A stretch of DNA of 64,000 bases from an uncultured Acidimicrobiaceae bacterium. Lineage in GTDB: Bacteria; Actinomycetota; Acidimicrobiia; Acidimicrobiales; RAAP-2. Every line of letters begins with the position of its first letter. The first letter of the stretch is position 1. The stretch is taken from the NCBI GenBank assembly GCA_963834545.1, contig CAWICL010000032.1:2472-66471 (forward strand). Direction: 5' to 3'. Both the position numbers and the translations under genes were made by a program. Below the pieces are notes generated by a model. The model worked only from the letters and a program-made list of their open reading frames with translations, ran no database searches and was not told where the DNA came from. Of this stretch, positions 59,426-64,000 are shown one piece after another.

Positions 59426-61666
59426 GTGGAGCAATCAACCACCGACTCTACTGGTTACGACCCCGCACAACTCCTCGAAGGTCTCACCGCGCCCCAGTGT
59501 CAGGCGGTCATCCAACGTGGTGGCCCACTGTTGGTGATCGCGGGTGCGGGTTCGGGAAAGACGCGCGTGCTCACGAGACGCATCGCGCACATCCTCGCGT
59601 CGGGTGACGCACGACCATTCGAGATCATGGCGATCACCTTCACCAACAAAGCGGCCGATGAGATGCGAAGGCGTGTCGTCGAACTGGTGGGTGACGACGC
59701 ACGCGACATGTGGGTCTCCACATTTCACTCGGCGTGTCTGCGCATACTTCGAGCGAACGCGCACGTCTTGGGCTACCAACGAGGTTTCACGATCTATGAC
59801 GCCGGCGACGCAGAGACCGCGGTCGAGCGCATCATGAAGGAATTGAATCTCGACACCAAACGACTGTCACCGCGAAGTGTCTATTCAGCAATATCCGCCG
59901 CGAAGAACGAGATGCTCTCGCCGAGCGCCTACGAAGTGTCGGGATACAGCGATGATCCGCACCATCGACGAATCGCCGAGATCTACACGCTCTACGCCGC
60001 CAGACTGAAGACCTCCAACGCCATGGACTTTGATGATCTACTTTTGAACGCGGTCGAGGTCCTTCGTCAGGACCCAGGGGTCTTGCAGAGTTATCAACAC
60101 CGTTTCAAGTACTTGCTCGTCGACGAGTTCCAAGACACCAACGGCGTGCAGAACGAACTCGTTTTGATGCTCGCGGCTGAACACCGGAACCTTTGCGTCG
60201 TTGGTGATTCGGACCAGTCCATCTACCGCTTTCGAGCGGCCGACGTGCGCAATATCCTCCAGTTCGAGCAGCGCTTCCCTGACGCGACGGTGATCTTGCT
60301 CGAGCAGAACTTTCGCTCGACCCAGGTGATCTTGGACGCCGCCAACGCCGTGATCGCGAAGAACGCGAGTCGACACGCGAAGAACTTGTTCACCGAAGGC
60401 GAGCAGGGAGAGAAGATTCGCCTCTACCGCGCGGGTGACGAGTACGACGAGGGTCGATGGATCGCGAGCGAGCTGAGACGGCTTCGTAGTGAATCCTCAC
60501 TCAGCTGGAACCAAATGGCAGTGTTTTATCGGACCAATGCTCAGAGCCGAGTGCTCGAAGAGGAGATGCTTCGCGCGAACATTCCGTATCGGGTGATTTC
60601 GGGCATGCGCTTTTATGACCGCAAGGAAATCAAGAACGCACTCGCGTACGCCCGTTTGATCGTGAACCCCCGTGATGAGGCCTCGGCGCGTCGAGTGATC
60701 AACGAACCCAAACGTGGCGTCGGAGAGGCGGCCCAGGCGAAGCTTGGCGCGTACGCGGCCGAGAACGGACTGTCCTTCGCCGAAGCGGCGCACTTTGCCA
60801 AGGCCGCCGGCCTCAGCGCGAAGGCGTTGTCGGGTGCGGAGAAGTTTTCATTCATGCTGGACGAATTGCGCGCCCTCGCCAATGATTTGACCCCTCGAGA
60901 GATGATCGACGCAATCGTGCGTGAATCGGGAATGGGTGACGCCTTACGCGCGGAGAATACGGACGAGGCGTACTCACGACTCGAGAACTTAGGCGAACTG
61001 GCGTCGGCGGCGGCGCAGTACGACACGTTGCTCGATTTTGTCGAGAGGATGTCGCTCGTTGCAGATTCAGATCAACTCGACGGTGGTGCGGGCGCCATCT
61101 CGATGATGACCCTGCACGTGGCCAAGGGCCTTGAGTATCCCGCCGTCGTGATCGCGGGTCTCGAGGAGACGGTCTTTCCCCACTCGCGTGCTCTCGCCGA
61201 CGAAGCCGAACTCGAAGAGGAACGTCGGCTTTGCTACGTCGGGATTACGAGGGCCATGCGTCACCTGGTCCTCACTCACGCGTGGAGTCGCACGAAGTGG
61301 GGACAACGCGTGGACGCGATCGCGAGTCGTTTTTTGATGGAGATTCCCCCCGAACTGGTGCACGACATCTCATCGAGCGTGCCCATGCGTCGGTCGGGCT
61401 TTGAGATGGACGAGGGATTCGTCGGGCGAAGCACCGAATTCACTCAGGGCCGCGCCTTCGGTACCGGTGCAGCACCCCCGGTGCGTTCGACGGGAGCAGA
61501 AACGCTCGGTCTTCGTGTTGGAGATCGCGTGGTGCATGATCGCTATGGAGCAGGTGAGGTGGTTCACGTGGAGGGTGAGGGCACGCACGCTCGAGCGTCG
61601 GTGAACTTCGACGATCACGGCACCAAGCAGTTGGTTCTCGCCATGACGCCACTTCGTCGCGCGTGA
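59426..61666 (+). CDS. pcrA: ATP-dependent DNA helicase PcrA/UvrD1
   Basis: AGAGSGKT, DEFQDTN, VGDSDQSIY, AKGLEY, EERRLCYV, C-terminal Tudor GDRVVH. Confidence 0.95.
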   Translation: MEQSTTDSTGYDPAQLLEGLTAPQCQAVIQRGGPLLVIAGAGSGKTRVLTRRIAHILASGDARPFEIMAITFTNKAADEMRRRVVELVGDDARDMWVSTFHSACLRILRANAHVLGYQRGFTIYDAGDAETAVERIMKELNLDTKRLSPRSVYSAISAAKNEMLSPSAYEVSGYSDDPHHRRIAEIYTLYAARLKTSNAMDFDDLLLNAVEVLRQDPGVLQSYQHRFKYLLVDEFQDTNGVQNELVLMLAAEHRNLCVVGDSDQSIYRFRAADVRNILQFEQRFPDATVILLEQNFRSTQVILDAANAVIAKNASRHAKNLFTEGEQGEKIRLYRAGDEYDEGRWIASELRRLRSESSLSWNQMAVFYRTNAQSRVLEEEMLRANIPYRVISGMRFYDRKEIKNALAYARLIVNPRDEASARRVINEPKRGVGEAAQAKLGAYAAENGLSFAEAAHFAKAAGLSAKALSGAEKFSFMLDELRALANDLTPREMIDAIVRESGMGDALRAENTDEAYSRLENLGELASAAAQYDTLLDFVERMSLVADSDQLDGGAGAISMMTLHVAKGLEYPAVVIAGLEETVFPHSRALADEAELEEERRLCYVGITRAMRHLVLTHAWSRTKWGQRVDAIASRFLMEIPPELVHDISSSVPMRRSGFEMDEGFVGRSTEFTQGRAFGTGAAPPVRSTGAETLGLRVGDRVVHDRYGAGEVVHVEGEGTHARASVNFDDHGTKQLVLAMTPLRRA

Positions 61667-61735
61667 AAACCTAAATTTTGTAGGTTTTGCACCGTAATTT
61701 TTTGGCTTCGTCGAGGAGTGTCAGAATGAAAGACC

Positions 61736-62965
61736 ATGATTTCACGGCGGACCGCGTATCGACCACCGGCGACACCAGCGAGCCCTCGGCTCCCCCAACG
61801 GGTCTACGTCGTACGTCGAACCATTGTCGTGGTGGTATTGGTACTCATCATCCTTGTTGGCTACTACGTGGTAAGTCTGGCCTTTGCGCTCTTTAACCCC
61901 AGTTACGGCACGTCGTTGTCGGCGCGCGCGGCCGAGTGGGGACGTTCACACGGATTGAGTTTCATCGTCAATTGGGCTGAGACGGAGGCCTACCGGTTGA
62001 ATCCACCCAAGGTCGGCGGAACGCCTTCACTCGCGACCTTTGGATCAGGACCGACGGCCGTGAAAGTTCCTGCGACTGGTCATCTCCCGGCACCCAAGGA
62101 CATGAAGTCACCCGCGAAACACCCGCTGCCTGGCGAGGGCGTCTGGCACGTGGCTGGTCGTGAGAGTGCCAACGGTGTTCCCGCGGTCTACGAGGCTTTC
62201 GTTCGACCCGACGCAATCCATACGAGTTACGTGGTGGGCGTGGCGTGGATGGACCCAACCTTGTTGCGCGCGCAGTTGTATTCGGGCTCGTACATACCCG
62301 GCGGCGGTCCGTATAAATTCTCCGCACCAATCTCAGCGACCGCATCGAAATCCTTGGTCGCGGCCTTTAACGCAGGCTTTCGCATACAAGATTCCAATGG
62401 CGGTTACTACACCAACGGCGACACCGTCAAACCACTCGTGAACAACGCGGCGTCAGTCGTGATTTACAAAGACGGCACGATGACCGTTGGTTCGTGGGGC
62501 ACGCAGGTGTGGATGTCGAACCAGGTCGCCTCGGTGCGCCAGAACCTGGTCCTCATCGTGAACCACGCCAAGGCCGTCGCCGGTCTGAAGGACCAGAACT
62601 CGGCCAAGTGGGGTCGCACGATCGGTGGGAGCTTCAACGTCTGGCGTTCGGGCCTGGGCGTTACCAAGGACGGCGCGCTGGTCTACGTGGGCGGTCCCGC
62701 CATGTCAATCAGCGACCTCGCCAACGTGATGGTGCGAGCTGGTGCTGTTCGAGGGATGCAACTCGACATCAACACCGGCTGGGTGCAATTCTCGACCTAC
62801 CGAGGTGCGCTCGGCACGTCCATCAACGGAGGCTACGCCACGAGCTTGCTCAATTCGATGCCCACGGGATCTCGTTACTTCACCACCTGGTGGAATCGCG
62901 ACTTCTTCACGATGAGTCTTCGAAGTAACGAACTCGTCAAAGCCAAGTCGTCGGGCAAGGGCTAA
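61736..62965 (+). CDS. Membrane-anchored phosphodiester-glycosidase (NAGPA/DUF2233-like) protein
   Basis: N-terminal TM; AAFNAGF, SVRQN, WRSGLG, GAVRGMQLDIN, RDFF. Confidence 0.7.
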   Translation: MISRRTAYRPPATPASPRLPQRVYVVRRTIVVVVLVLIILVGYYVVSLAFALFNPSYGTSLSARAAEWGRSHGLSFIVNWAETEAYRLNPPKVGGTPSLATFGSGPTAVKVPATGHLPAPKDMKSPAKHPLPGEGVWHVAGRESANGVPAVYEAFVRPDAIHTSYVVGVAWMDPTLLRAQLYSGSYIPGGGPYKFSAPISATASKSLVAAFNAGFRIQDSNGGYYTNGDTVKPLVNNAASVVIYKDGTMTVGSWGTQVWMSNQVASVRQNLVLIVNHAKAVAGLKDQNSAKWGRTIGGSFNVWRSGLGVTKDGALVYVGGPAMSISDLANVMVRAGAVRGMQLDINTGWVQFSTYRGALGTSINGGYATSLLNSMPTGSRYFTTWWNRDFFTMSLRSNELVKAKSSGKG

Positions 62966-63730
62966 CGATCGGCGGTCAATTTTCGATAGAGCGGTGCTGG
63001 TAGGTGACGCAGTACCGCAAAGACGAGCGCAGTATGGGCGGACTCCATATGATTCGCTCGCCACTCGCGAGGCCCCGCATGACGTTCTCGGCGACTTCGT
63101 TGACACCCGTTGTGAACGGGACGGGAGCTTGGCCTTCGGTCATGCGCGAGCGAACGACGCCGGGTCGTAACAATTGCAGGCTCACGCCGGTCCCTCGAGG
63201 GAGTCAGCGAGTCCACCACAGAGACGGTCGAGCCCGGCCTTTGCGCCGGCGTAGAGGTACATGCTTCGTCGAACTCGTACCGCAGCCACCGACGAAATGA
63301 CGAGGATTCGACCGCTCCCTTGGGCCACCAGCCGACGTCGAACTTCGGCGAGAGCAATCACCGGCCATGCGAAATTGACCATCACTGAATCACTTACGGC
63401 ACTCGGGTCATCTTCGATTTCCATCTGATTTCCCAAGAGCCCAATTGCGACGATGACGAGATCGACCTGATCACCGACTTTGTCGAAGCACTCGCTCACG
63501 GTGCGCTGCGCGTTCTCGGGCTGCGTGGCGTCAAAGACGACGGTGTCAGTCTTGGTGGCACCGTATTCCTGGGCTTCGGCCGCGGCCTGATCCAGGAGTT
63601 GTTGGTTCCGACCCGCGAGCACGACGCTGTGTGCTCGTGCCGCACAAAGTTTCTTGGTTATCGCTCGCGCGATGTCAGAACTGCCGCCGAGCACGACGAC
63701 GTTCTGCGGTTGTCCGAATGCGTTTTCCAT
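62962..63730 (-). CDS. dprE2: DprE2-like SDR, decaprenylphospho-ketopentofuranose reductase (frameshift near 63185)
   Basis: NAFGQPQNVVVLGGSSDIA, SSVA..RVRRSMYLYAGAKAGLD; RPGVVRSRMT in shifted frame. Confidence 0.8.
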
Positions 63731-63732
63731 GG

Positions 63733-64000
63733 TTACTTTCCTACTAGGTGAAGGCGACGTGCGAGGTCGCTCGTGAGTTGGTGATGTGGATCAACACGGT
63801 TTTTGATCTCGAGAAACTCGTCGACGCGCGGGTACATGGAGCGGACCTTCTGCGGCGCTAAGCGAGCATCCTTCGCGAAGTAGATGCGCCCTTCGCCTCG
63901 AGAACCATCTCGTCGAGGTCGTCAAGAACATCGGGAAGGGCACGTGCTCCCACGGGAAGGTCCAGGGCGAGGGTCCAACCTTCGATGGGGAAGGAGAGCA
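63733..64000 (-). CDS. dprE1: DprE1-like FAD oxidoreductase, C-terminal part (runs off the window; one indel near 63890)
   Basis: Reverse strand [39 protein letters not shown]; directly upstream of dprE2. Confidence 0.78.

Overview
GC-rich actinobacterial chromosome segment, probably Acidimicrobiia (inferred from gene order and protein signatures such as EF-Tu DMPGHADY and Rpo[17 protein letters not shown]). About 38 kb is the core transcription/translation supercluster: tRNA-Thr/Met/Trp, rpmG, secE-nusG-rplKA-rplJL, rpoBC, str, S10, spc and alpha operons, truA, rplM-rpsI. It is followed by glmM-glmS-acpS-alr-udg-tsaEB-rimI-tsaD-pdxH, CIRCE-groESL, a ~7 kb accessory patch, guaB3-guaA-pcrA and dprE2/dprE1-like genes. 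Many essential genes carry small indels, most densely at 22.3-28.9 kb; these look like long-read consensus errors, so split genes are reported as single CDSs. Most notable observations: infA appears to start at CTG behind a leader with a uORF and an anti-SD; a DosS/DosR-like module with a DosR-type box is inserted divergently from the infA/alpha operon; rpsJ is attached to tuf and separated from rplC by a five-hairpin spacer that looks like a promoter plus attenuator; RNA polymerase has clustered substitutions in inhibitor pockets; and a Cys-containing GuaB3 is coupled to guaA without a canonical guaB. No CRISPR array, rRNA or mobile element was seen.
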